A stretch of DNA of 52,557 nucleotides, from positions 1 to 52,557 of the forward strand of contig JAKFCT010000048.1 in assembly GCA_036676495.1 (NCBI GenBank). Direction: 5' to 3'. The stretch is from Candidatus Sericytochromatia bacterium. Its GTDB lineage: Bacteria > Cyanobacteriota > Sericytochromatia > S15B-MN24 > UBA4093. A model generated the notes under the pieces. The model was not told the DNA's origin. It searched no databases and saw nothing but the letters and a program-made list of their open reading frames with translations. The position numbers and the translations under genes are program-made. How positions within the stretch are numbered: the first letter of the stretch is position 1; each line of letters starts with the position of its first letter. This document shows, piece by piece, positions 39,359 through 48,300 of this stretch.

Positions 39359-41725
39359 CTAGCGCTCCACCAGGATGCGGCGGCTGTCGCCGCCATGGAG
39401 GACGGGGGTCTGCGTCCGGCCCATGCGCCGCGCGCGCTCCGGAACCTTCTGGGAGAGGTAGTTCTGAAGGGTGCTCACGGTCAACTTGCCGTCCTGGTAT
39501 GCCTCGCCTCGCAGGCCCTTGAGCAGGAAGTACGTGAAGAGCCCGTGCTTCATCTCGGGGTAGCTGGTGCTGATCTGTTTGCTGGTCGAGGCGGCCAGCA
39601 CCGTCACGCCCGAGGGGAGCTTGGCCCCTTCGGGCTTCACCATGAGGGGGCGGGCGTCGGCCAGGAGGGCGACGTCGGTCTGGCCGCGTCCCGAGATGCC
39701 GCTGAAGCATGAGTCCAGCATGACCGTGACGCTCTTGGCGCGCAGGTCCTTCAGCGCCCGGTAGAAGCTATCCATCGAATAGCAAGACTCCTTGGGGTAG
39801 GCGGGATCCCCGTCGTACGGCACCAGGTAGGGGGTGAGCGTGTCGGGATCCGGCGCGCCGTGGCCCGCATAGTAGACGTAGACGTGACTCTGGTTCGGGG
39901 TCACGTAGTCCCGCAGTTTGCCTTCGAGAGCGGTCATGATCTGGGCCTTGGTCGCCTGCTCGTTTGAAAGGAAGAGCAGGTTCTCTTCCGGCACTCCCAG
40001 GAGGGTCGTGGTGTACTCCTTGACGATGCGGGCGTCGCGCTCGGCGAACGGAACCCCCGGGATGCGTCCGCCGTAGCGCTCGATGCCGATGACGACGGCC
40101 ACGGCGCTCGGATCCTTCGGGCTCGCCTTGGGAAGCGGCTGATCGACATCGACGGTGATCGACGGGGCGCTCGCCAGCGTCGCCGCGCCCTGGGAACGCG
40201 GATCCACGACGATGACGACGGGGGGACTGCTGTGATTGAGGGCCACCTTCACGGGGACCTCGCGCGTCGCTTCGGGATGGGCCTCGGTGAGGCTGAGACT
40301 GAGCGGGAGCTGGCTCGGGCCGCTGTAGGAGTTCTTGACCACGATGGAGTAGGAGGCGATCGCCACTCCACCCGGCTTGAGGGCTCCTAGCTTGTTGACC
40401 CCATGATCGAGCAAGAGGATGTTGGGATCGCCGATCTTGAGCGTCGCCTTCGCGTCTCTGGCCGTCCCGGTACCCTTGTTGCGGATGAGGGCCTTGACGG
40501 TGAGCTGCTCGCCGCGCTCGGGGACGCCGTTCTTCTCGTCCTCCAGTCCCATTTGCTCGACCTCGAAACGGGGGAGCTGGAGCGCCCGGGTCTTGAACCG
40601 GGCCACGGTCTTGGGAGCGTCGAAGCCGTTGGCGTCTTCGAGCGTGACCGCGATCTCCGCCTGGCCGTCAGGCAACGTCTTCGAGGCGTTCAGGGGGACG
40701 CGCACGGTCCGGGTGGCCCCGGGCTTGAGGTCGCCCACCGAGACGGAGGCCGGCACCTCCAGCCCCGGGATGGCCCGAACCAGCTTGAGGTTGGCCTGGA
40801 GCCCTTCGGCGGGGCCTTTACCGGAATTGGTGACGGTGAGCAGGACCTCGGCGCCGAACTCCGCTTCGATGAGCTTGAGGCGCTGGGGGTCCTCCAGATC
40901 GACCTTGGTGGCGAGCTGTGGGGGAACGGTCTGGCGAGGGGGGACGAGCGCCTTGAGCTCGCTGCTCGTCAGGCTGACCCGGCGGCTGAGCAGGGTTTCG
41001 CCGTCCCTGCGGATCTCCAGGTCGAAAATCGGCGTCTTCAGTTCGCGAGGCAGCGGGACCGTGGCCACGAAATGCGGCCCTTGGGGGATCAGCGTGGCGC
41101 TCGGGGAAGTTTCCCCCAGCATGACGACGGCCTCGGCTCCCGTCAGGCTCGCCGTCGCCCCCGCGTACCGGGGAGCGCCCTCATCCTTGAGGGCACCGAA
41201 GAGGTAAAGCGGGGAGAGCCCCCCGAGAATGGGAAGGAAGACGGGAGACAGGATGACTCCCGCGACGATGGCGCCCGCCCGGCTCGCTGCGGAATCTTCC
41301 GGGGTGATGACCTCCGTGACGCCCGCCTTGAGGGCTTTTTCCTTGCGCTCGTTGAGGGTCTTCTCCCCGATCGAGAGGCTGAAGTCGAGATAGGCATCCA
41401 GGGCCAGGAGGGCCCACCCGCCGAGGATGGCGGCTGTCGCGGCGTCGTTGTGCGTCCGGAACGGCGTCGCCGAGGCCGCCAGGGCGCCTCCGGCCAGGGC
41501 CGTTCCCCAGAATCCCCAGCGATGGGCGGATTCTCGGCTGATCCAGGGTTGGGGCTGCGTGGGCACCATGACCCGCAGCCCCCCGCGCACGACCTGGTAG
41601 TCGACGGGCGCCGGGCCGGTCAAGACGGGGTCGGGGCCGGAGCGCTTCAGATAGGAGGCGCAGCCCTGCATGCTCAATAGGGCGGCCAGGGCGAGGGGGA
41701 TCAAGGACGTTTTGGGTGATGGCAT
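39359..41725 (-). CDS. Exported caspase-family (peptidase C14) protease with Ig-like domains
   Basis: Lipobox-like SMQGC, hydrophobic segments, two Ig-like domains (VTNSGKGPA, IRNKGTGTA), and a C14 domain: AVVIGIERY, catalytic His YYAGHG, catalytic Cys LDSCFSG, HGLFTYFLLKGL.G.A, QTP. Confidence 0.88.
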   Translation of the reverse strand: MPSPKTSLIPLALAALLSMQGCASYLKRSGPDPVLTGPAPVDYQVVRGGLRVMVPTQPQPWISRESAHRWGFWGTALAGGALAASATPFRTHNDAATAAILGGWALLALDAYLDFSLSIGEKTLNERKEKALKAGVTEVITPEDSAASRAGAIVAGVILSPVFLPILGGLSPLYLFGALKDEGAPRYAGATASLTGAEAVVMLGETSPSATLIPQGPHFVATVPLPRELKTPIFDLEIRRDGETLLSRRVSLTSSELKALVPPRQTVPPQLATKVDLEDPQRLKLIEAEFGAEVLLTVTNSGKGPAEGLQANLKLVRAIPGLEVPASVSVGDLKPGATRTVRVPLNASKTLPDGQAEIAVTLEDANGFDAPKTVARFKTRALQLPRFEVEQMGLEDEKNGVPERGEQLTVKALIRNKGTGTARDAKATLKIGDPNILLLDHGVNKLGALKPGGVAIASYSIVVKNSYSGPSQLPLSLSLTEAHPEATREVPVKVALNHSSPPVVIVVDPRSQGAATLASAPSITVDVDQPLPKASPKDPSAVAVVIGIERYGGRIPGVPFAERDARIVKEYTTTLLGVPEENLLFLSNEQATKAQIMTALEGKLRDYVTPNQSHVYVYYAGHGAPDPDTLTPYLVPYDGDPAYPKESCYSMDSFYRALKDLRAKSVTVMLDSCFSGISGRGQTDVALLADARPLMVKPEGAKLPSGVTVLAASTSKQISTSYPEMKHGLFTYFLLKGLRGEAYQDGKLTVSTLQNYLSQKVPERARRMGRTQTPVLHGGDSRRILVER

Positions 41726-41855
41726 GACGGCGTTGCGTTTGAATCATCGGGATAAGCGGACGGACGTACGCAATTGATTCTACCACCGAATCCGCCAACC
41801 TGCCTGGCGGACGGATGGAAGGCCGCTGGAAAAGGAAAGGGGGGGCTGCTGGGAG

Positions 41856-42521
41856 TTAGTCCTTGACGACGATGCCGAGCAGGGCGGCGAGGGTATCCGA
41901 GAGGGCGATCGCCTGGGACGCATCGATGACGGCTCCCCGCAGGTCCTGAGCTCCCACCTGGAGGCCGTCCAGCCGCGATCCGCGCAGATCGGTCCCGTCC
42001 AGCCGGGCCCCGCGCAGGTTGGCGCCCTGGAGATCACAACCCTTGAACCGTGCGGCGCGCAGGTCCGCCCCCTGGAAGTCGGTCTCGCTCAGCTGGCAAT
42101 CCTCGAAGAGCACGTCCCGGAAGGAGGTGTAGCGAAACAGGGCCAGATTGGCCTTGCAGCCTGCGAAGCGGACGTCGGCGAGCTTGGACTCGCTGGCTTG
42201 CAATCCCGTCATCCGGCAGTTCAGGAACTCGACGCGATCCGCGCTCAAGCCGGGGAAGCGGGCATTGGAGAGGTCGCTCTGGGAGATGCGCACGTCGCGC
42301 AGCCGCAATCGCGGGGCGTTGAGCCGGGAGAAGGTGGCCTGCTCGATCAGCATGCCGTCGAGGCTGGCCGAGGTCGCGACCTGGTCGCTGAGATCCCAGC
42401 CGGTCAGCGCCAGATCGTGAAGCTCGGATTCGGGCTCCAGGCGCTCGGGCAGCAAGAGCGAAAGCTCCATCCGGGCGGGCAGGTCCGGAGGGGAGAGGCG
42501 CCGCATGGGGCGTTTCATCAT
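41856..42521 (-). CDS. Pentapeptide repeat protein (MfpA/Qnr-like fold)
   Basis: Continuous A(D/N)LXX repeats (SDLSN, ADLRA, CDLQG, ANLRG, ARLDG, TDLRG). ATGA overlap with the upstream gene. Confidence 0.9.
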   Translation of the reverse strand: MMKRPMRRLSPPDLPARMELSLLLPERLEPESELHDLALTGWDLSDQVATSASLDGMLIEQATFSRLNAPRLRLRDVRISQSDLSNARFPGLSADRVEFLNCRMTGLQASESKLADVRFAGCKANLALFRYTSFRDVLFEDCQLSETDFQGADLRAARFKGCDLQGANLRGARLDGTDLRGSRLDGLQVGAQDLRGAVIDASQAIALSDTLAALLGIVVKD

Positions 42522-43738
42522 CGCGTTCGGCCCGGACTCTGCGCTCCGCCCGTCAGCGGGTTGAGCGTGCTGTCTCGGAGGCTCACGACCGAGCCACTGG
42601 CGGCCTCGACTCCGGCCGACAAGGGGCCGTCACCCAGATCGAGGATCCAGACCGGCACGCGCAGCAGTTCGTACGTCGGAAGCAGGGCGAAGGTGGCATC
42701 CTCGGTCAGCCAGGGCTCTCCGCGGGCGATCAGGGCGTCCTTGAGGCTCGTCATGGCGGCAGGGCTGTCGATGCGCCAGTTATTCGGGAATTCCGAGGGC
42801 TCCTTGTAGCGGTTGTAGGCCGAGGGCGCCTGCCGGACCGTGGGGTTTCCCCCGAAGATGGGCACGGAGACCTCCCAGGCGTCGAGCTTGGTGGGATGGG
42901 TGAAGAGGTAGTTCCAGGCCCCGCGCTGGACCAGGCCCGACGTGTCCGAGAGGTCCGCGGTGTAAACCAGGTAGAGGCGGTAGCCGGGACCCTTCTGGTT
43001 GGTGATGATCTTGGTGGCCTCTCGGGCGTAGAAGGCCGCCGAGCCTTCGGAGCCCGCAGGCACGTTGCTCGGCAGGAGGGTGTTGTCCTGGCTCGCCACG
43101 GTCGAGGCGGTTGCGCCGCCCGTGGCGATCGGCACGTCGGAAGCCAAGAGGTTCAGCTCATCGAGCAGCTCCGTGCGGGCTTCCTTGACCTTCTCGCGGG
43201 CGACTTCGGGCGCGAGCAGCTGGGGAATGGACCAGCCCAGCCGCTCCGAGACCCATTGAGCGGCGTTGACCGCGCCGTACGTGGCGATCGCACCCCCTAC
43301 GAGGACCAGCAGGAAGGCCCGGTAATCGGTTGCCGGGTACGGCGCAAAGCGAGCGGGGGGCAACTTGGTCTCGGGAGTTCGGACGGATCCGTAGAAGTTG
43401 TCGTAAAAGAGGTAGCCGCCGACGGGGCTCAGGGCCGTCCAGCCGAGCTGCCAGAGCGCCCGGCGCCGCAGGTCGGAGTGAAGCCGTCCCGCCAGTTCCT
43501 CGTCCTTCACCGCCTCGGCGAGCGTGAGATCCCCGATGCGCCGGCTCCCCTGAAAGAGCTGGTACGACCCGGAGGCCGGCTCGGTCAGGGTGATCTCCCG
43601 CTCGCGAAACTCCGTGATCCGCCCGGACTTCTCGTCCGGGATATCGGCATGCGCGGGACTGGCCAGCATCAAGGCGAGCGTGAGGGCCGTGAGCGACCTG
43701 AAACGGGCTTTTCGGGGCTTTCGATACGATGCGGGCAT
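42518..43738 (-). CDS. Hypothetical exported/membrane protein
   Basis: Signal peptide ending PAHA, two TM-like segments, and a C-terminal W.....G..GVEAASG.VV pattern that is loosely PepSY-like. Confidence 0.65.
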   Translation of the reverse strand: MPASYRKPRKARFRSLTALTLALMLASPAHADIPDEKSGRITEFREREITLTEPASGSYQLFQGSRRIGDLTLAEAVKDEELAGRLHSDLRRRALWQLGWTALSPVGGYLFYDNFYGSVRTPETKLPPARFAPYPATDYRAFLLVLVGGAIATYGAVNAAQWVSERLGWSIPQLLAPEVAREKVKEARTELLDELNLLASDVPIATGGATASTVASQDNTLLPSNVPAGSEGSAAFYAREATKIITNQKGPGYRLYLVYTADLSDTSGLVQRGAWNYLFTHPTKLDAWEVSVPIFGGNPTVRQAPSAYNRYKEPSEFPNNWRIDSPAAMTSLKDALIARGEPWLTEDATFALLPTYELLRVPVWILDLGDGPLSAGVEAASGSVVSLRDSTLNPLTGGAQSPGRTR

Positions 43739-44012
43739 GCGTCCTTTTCCCTCTGCGGCGACGAAGCCCCATTGTACCACTGCGACGGGCGGTCCCGCCC
43801 ACGAGGTGCTGACATGCGCGTGGAGAGCGGCAGAAAGCCGGGATGTCGACCTTCGGAGGGCCTGGACAAGAGGGGTTCGGGTTGCGTTTCATGTCAAAAT
43901 CCGTAGTTTACCCGGATATGTCTCTAGCAAGCGAGGGTAATACTGTGAAGGCACCGTGTTTTTTTGAGCGAAAAAGTCTGAAATGATTGACCTGGGCGTC
44001 TAAGGAATTGAT

Positions 44013-45350
44013 GTGAACGGCCTCGAAACGTTGAAACGATTGCTTCTGAGTCTTTTGATCGGGCTCACGCTCGGGCGCCCCGCGAGCGCGCTCGATCCGA
44101 GCGAGGTTTTTGCCTCCCATGGGAAGGCGGAACTCACGGAGTCGCGCTACCATGAACGTCGCAACGCCTTGATCGTTCAAGGAGATGCGCCTCTTCACGT
44201 CCAGGTCGAGGATCGGCAGGGGCAATCGCCGCCCGCCGTCCTGCTCCGCTTCTTCAACGGGACCCCTTCTTCCGCGTTCGTGCTTCCCAAGGTACCGGCG
44301 GGGCCCATTGAGGCGATCGCCTCCGAGGTTCTCCCGGCGCGGAACGGCTCGCCCGCCGAGACTCGCCTCACGCTGACCTTGCGGGAAAAGGTTCGGTTTC
44401 ACTCCTCCCTTTCCCCCGACACTCGGCAAGCCGTCTTGAGTCTCGTCCCCTTCTCAGGGGAGGGTGAGGGACGGCTCCCGCGTCGCATCGTGGTTCGTCA
44501 CCTGGAGTACGGCAACGCTCGGGACCTCTCGAACGTGCTGGCGATGATGATCCCTCAGGGGAACGGGCGGATCGCCGCGGATGAGAGCCGGAACAACCTG
44601 GTCATCGACAACAGCAACGGGGACTTCGATGCCCTGGAGGCGACGCTCTCGGATCTCGACCGCCCGAGCCGCCAGGTCGTCCTCGAAGCCCAGGTCGTCG
44701 AAATCAACCAGGCGGCTGCCAGGAACCTGGGCTTCAGCTTCAGCCCCAACTTGAGCACCACGGTCTCGGAGCAGGCCCCGGAAGGGGCGGGATTCGGGTC
44801 TCAGCCGATTCCCATGCAGCCGTTCGTTCGGACGGGCCTGAACATGCAGGTGACGCTCAATGCCCTTCAAAGCTCGGGGCAAGCGAAGATCCTGGCGAAC
44901 CCCCGGGTGGCGGCCTTGGAGGGCGAGGAGTCGAAGATCGTCACGGGTGAGCGTATCCCGTACTTCGTCACCCAGGTCTCCGGCAATCAAGTCTTCCAGA
45001 TCAAGGAGGACTTCCTGGCCGGCGTCGAGCTTCGGATCACCCCCCGGGTGAACGAGGGGCGCTTCGTGACCACTCGCATCCATACCAACGTCAGTACCAT
45101 CACGGGGACGACGCCGCAGGGCTACCCTCAGCTCAGCACGCGCGAATCACAGGCCGTGATTCGAGTGGGTGCAGGCCAGACCGTCGTGATCGGCGGGCTG
45201 CTGCAAGAGCGTGAGATCGAGCTGATGAGCGGCCTCCCCCATCTGGCCGACCTTCCCGTCCTCGGAGCCCTGTTCAGCAGCCGCCAGAAGGATCGGGTCA
45301 AGACCGAGCTGATGGTCTTCATCACCCCACATATCCTGAGCGACGAGTAA
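44013..45350 (+). CDS. Secretin (GspD/PilQ superfamily) with AMIN-like N-terminus and one N3 domain
   Basis: Signal peptide, N3 (L.Y.NA..L..VL...IAADESRNNLVI...LDRPSRQVVLEAQVVE), and secretin core (AKILANPRV, G.RIPY, GVELRITPRV, GQTVVIGGL, GLPHLADLPVLGALF, TELMVFITPHI). Confidence 0.92.
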   Translation: MNGLETLKRLLLSLLIGLTLGRPASALDPSEVFASHGKAELTESRYHERRNALIVQGDAPLHVQVEDRQGQSPPAVLLRFFNGTPSSAFVLPKVPAGPIEAIASEVLPARNGSPAETRLTLTLREKVRFHSSLSPDTRQAVLSLVPFSGEGEGRLPRRIVVRHLEYGNARDLSNVLAMMIPQGNGRIAADESRNNLVIDNSNGDFDALEATLSDLDRPSRQVVLEAQVVEINQAAARNLGFSFSPNLSTTVSEQAPEGAGFGSQPIPMQPFVRTGLNMQVTLNALQSSGQAKILANPRVAALEGEESKIVTGERIPYFVTQVSGNQVFQIKEDFLAGVELRITPRVNEGRFVTTRIHTNVSTITGTTPQGYPQLSTRESQAVIRVGAGQTVVIGGLLQEREIELMSGLPHLADLPVLGALFSSRQKDRVKTELMVFITPHILSDE

Positions 45351-45360
45351 GGAGGACCCT

Positions 45361-48300
45361 GTGCGACGCCCTTTCACCCGGATCTTGTCCGCAACCCTCG
45401 CTTGCTTGATTGCGCTTTACAGCCTTCCCCCCCGGGTGGAGGCCCCCTCCATCCTGCCGCGCATGAGCAATCCCAAGCCCGATACCGGCATGCAGGTACG
45501 GCAGCTCATGGGCCGGCTTGACTTCAGCGGTCCGTTCGCCGAGCTTGGCCACCAGCTCTGGCACGTGGGAGAGCAGGCCAAATCAGGCTTTATTACCCTC
45601 GCTGGGTACTGGCCTTCGCTGCCTTTGGCCGGTGCGCATCACCATTACGAGCACAAGGCAACGAGCAAGACGACGAGTGATTTCGTTCCCTACTCCCATG
45701 ACCCGAGCCCGCGATCGGTTTTCTTTGAGCCGCCTGAGGTTCCAGGTCGAGACGACAAGGGGGTGTACCGCTACAACGGCAAGTGGGGGGAATGGCTGTA
45801 TGCCCAGGCTCCTGCCCAGCGATCGAATCACTCGCTGACATTGCCGGTGTACGACCAATACGGGAAAAACCCCCGGGATGTGGAGTTTCACAACTCTTAT
45901 TTCTCGGAACATGGCGGCTATGCGGGAAATAACGGCCATCGCGTTTTCGCTGCGCGTTTCCTGAACGACGACCGGAGACAAGATTATCCGCGCCTCCTCG
46001 TTCAAAAGCGTGATCGGGATTCCTTGACCATCGAACATACGGGCAAGGATTGGCGCGGGAACACGAAGAACGAGTGGCAATACTGGCGAACGGAGGAGAA
46101 GTTCACCGGTTCGGGTGAAGGGCTCAACCATGATCCGAAGTGGAACTATGGTGGGGTTCGGATGATCCTGCGGGAGCACCCTTGGTGGCGTTTCAAGGAT
46201 GCTTACAATCAGACGGGCGATTTTGACAAAATCCTGCATAACGCTTACGAGGCTTTCGTTGGGAAGCGCTTTTCCTTGTACTACTGGGAGACGAATGCGG
46301 AATGGGTCGGGTACCTGAAGAGAGAACTTCAAGGAAAGCGCGCACAGTCGGAGATCGATGCGATTAAAGGGTTTTGGGTAGAAGTCCAGCCCTATTCCGC
46401 TCTTCGTGATTTAACCGGATTTTCAGACTTTCCGAGAACGGATGCGGCTATTGTGATTGCGCATCCGCGCCCCTATCCAGGGCTTCAGGGTCAGCAAAAG
46501 TTCACCAAGATTACGTTTTACCGTCCCTTCTTTCCGGGGGGAGAGCCCTTCCTGAGTGCGGCCGACGATGCCGAGAATTTCGGTGGCCATGATCCGGTCG
46601 CGGATTACGTGGCCGTGGGAGCATTCGCCGATTATGAGCATGAGCGGCACAGCGAGGGCTCGGCCCTTTGGATGGCTATCGCGATGGACCGCCCCCCCTT
46701 CCTGCCACCCGTGATCGGGGATGGGCTTCCTCCTGGAACATCGCAGGGGGAACGCGATAATTACGCAAACGTCTTTCAGTCCTTGCCTCCGGATGATCAA
46801 GCTGCTGTCATCGCAGCCGTTGAAGCTGGCGGGGATGCTAAAGAAGCTGCCTTGCAAGCTCTCAAGGACATGGTGGAAGTTGGCATCGAGAAAGGGATCT
46901 TAAAAAATACGTTTACGAGCAGTTCCGATCCGACGCAGCCCGGTAGCGAACCGAACTCGACGGTTCGCCCTCCGGAAGTCTTCTCAACCACGTTTGAGCT
47001 CGATCCGGTCAACGTCGTCAACGGTGCGAACTACGTCGATCACTACGACCTCCAGCTCCAGGGCCGTGGCATGCGCACGGACTTCCTGCGCACCTACAAC
47101 AGCAACGTCAAGCCCGATGATTCTCTGCGCTTCTCGCCCCTGGGACACGGTTGGACGCATACCTACAATCAGTTCCTCCACCAGTACCCGGACGGCGCGA
47201 TTGCCTTCTACAACGACCACGGCCAGAGCACCGTCTTCATGCCCTCGGGTAACGGCTGGCGCGCTCCGCCCGGCTCGCCCTTGACCCTTACCATGCTCGC
47301 AGACGGCTCCTATCAGGTTCGCGAGAAGACCGGCACGATCATGCGCTTCTCAGGCGGCCTCAAACGGATCGCCACCCAGAACCTCTTCTTCTTGGAGCCC
47401 GGCATCGAACGCTTTGGTACGAAGCAGGCCGTCGAGGCCGGTCGTCTGCTCAGCATCACCGATCGTAACGGCAATGCCTTCACCTTGGCTTACGAGAACG
47501 GCAAGCTCGCTACCGTCCGAGATCCGGGCGGGCGCGTGCTCGGCTTCACCTACGACGGCGAGCGGATCTCCACCATGACCGATCCCGCGGGCCGCGTCTT
47601 CCGCTACCGCTACGAAAACGACGACCTCACGGAGGTCGTCCACCCCGGCAATCGCAAGCAGGTCTATGGCTACCAGGGCCACCTCATGACCCTGCACAGC
47701 GATTTCGATTCCGAGCAGGCCTGGCGCTTCCGCTATGATGCCCAGGAGCGGGTGGTTGAGGCCATCGACCCCGAAGGCCATCAGACCACTTTCACTTACT
47801 CCCCCGGTAAGACCGTCCAGACCACGTACGAGGCCGACGGCCGGACCGTCTCGACCGAGTTCGAGCACCAGGACGGCGAGATCGTCCGCAAGAAGGACCC
47901 CACCGGTACCCTTTTCAGCTACGAATACAAGGACCACCGCAAGGTCAAGGAGTCGTTCAACCGCGGAGACCGCCTGATAGTCCTCCAGTACGAGTACGAC
48001 GCTCTAGGGAACCTTACTCGGACGGTGGACGCCGGGGGCAACGTGACGGCGACCCGGTACGAGGCCGACTTCGCCCAGCCCTTCGAGGTCACCGACCCCA
48101 CCGGCACGACCCGCATCACGCTCGATGGCCGGGGCAATGTCACGGCGATCCGCGATCCCCTTGGCCGCACCGTCACGTATCAGGTCGACGCCCATGGCCA
48201 GGTCCAGGCGTTGCTCGATCCCGGTCAGCATAAGACGGTCACTCGTCATAATGACCAGGGCCTGCTCGAGCACGTGGATACGCCCATCGGAGGTTGGACC

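Noticed and set aside
41856-42521. Calling the pentapeptide protein a qnr quinolone-resistance gene
   Set aside because: The fold is shared by many chromosomal proteins. There is no mobile context or Qnr-specific evidence.
45518-47021. Several short ORFs suggesting a separate low-GC gene cassette after the secretin
   Set aside because: Manual translation shows the frame from 45361 is open through this region, so it is the Rhs N-terminus.
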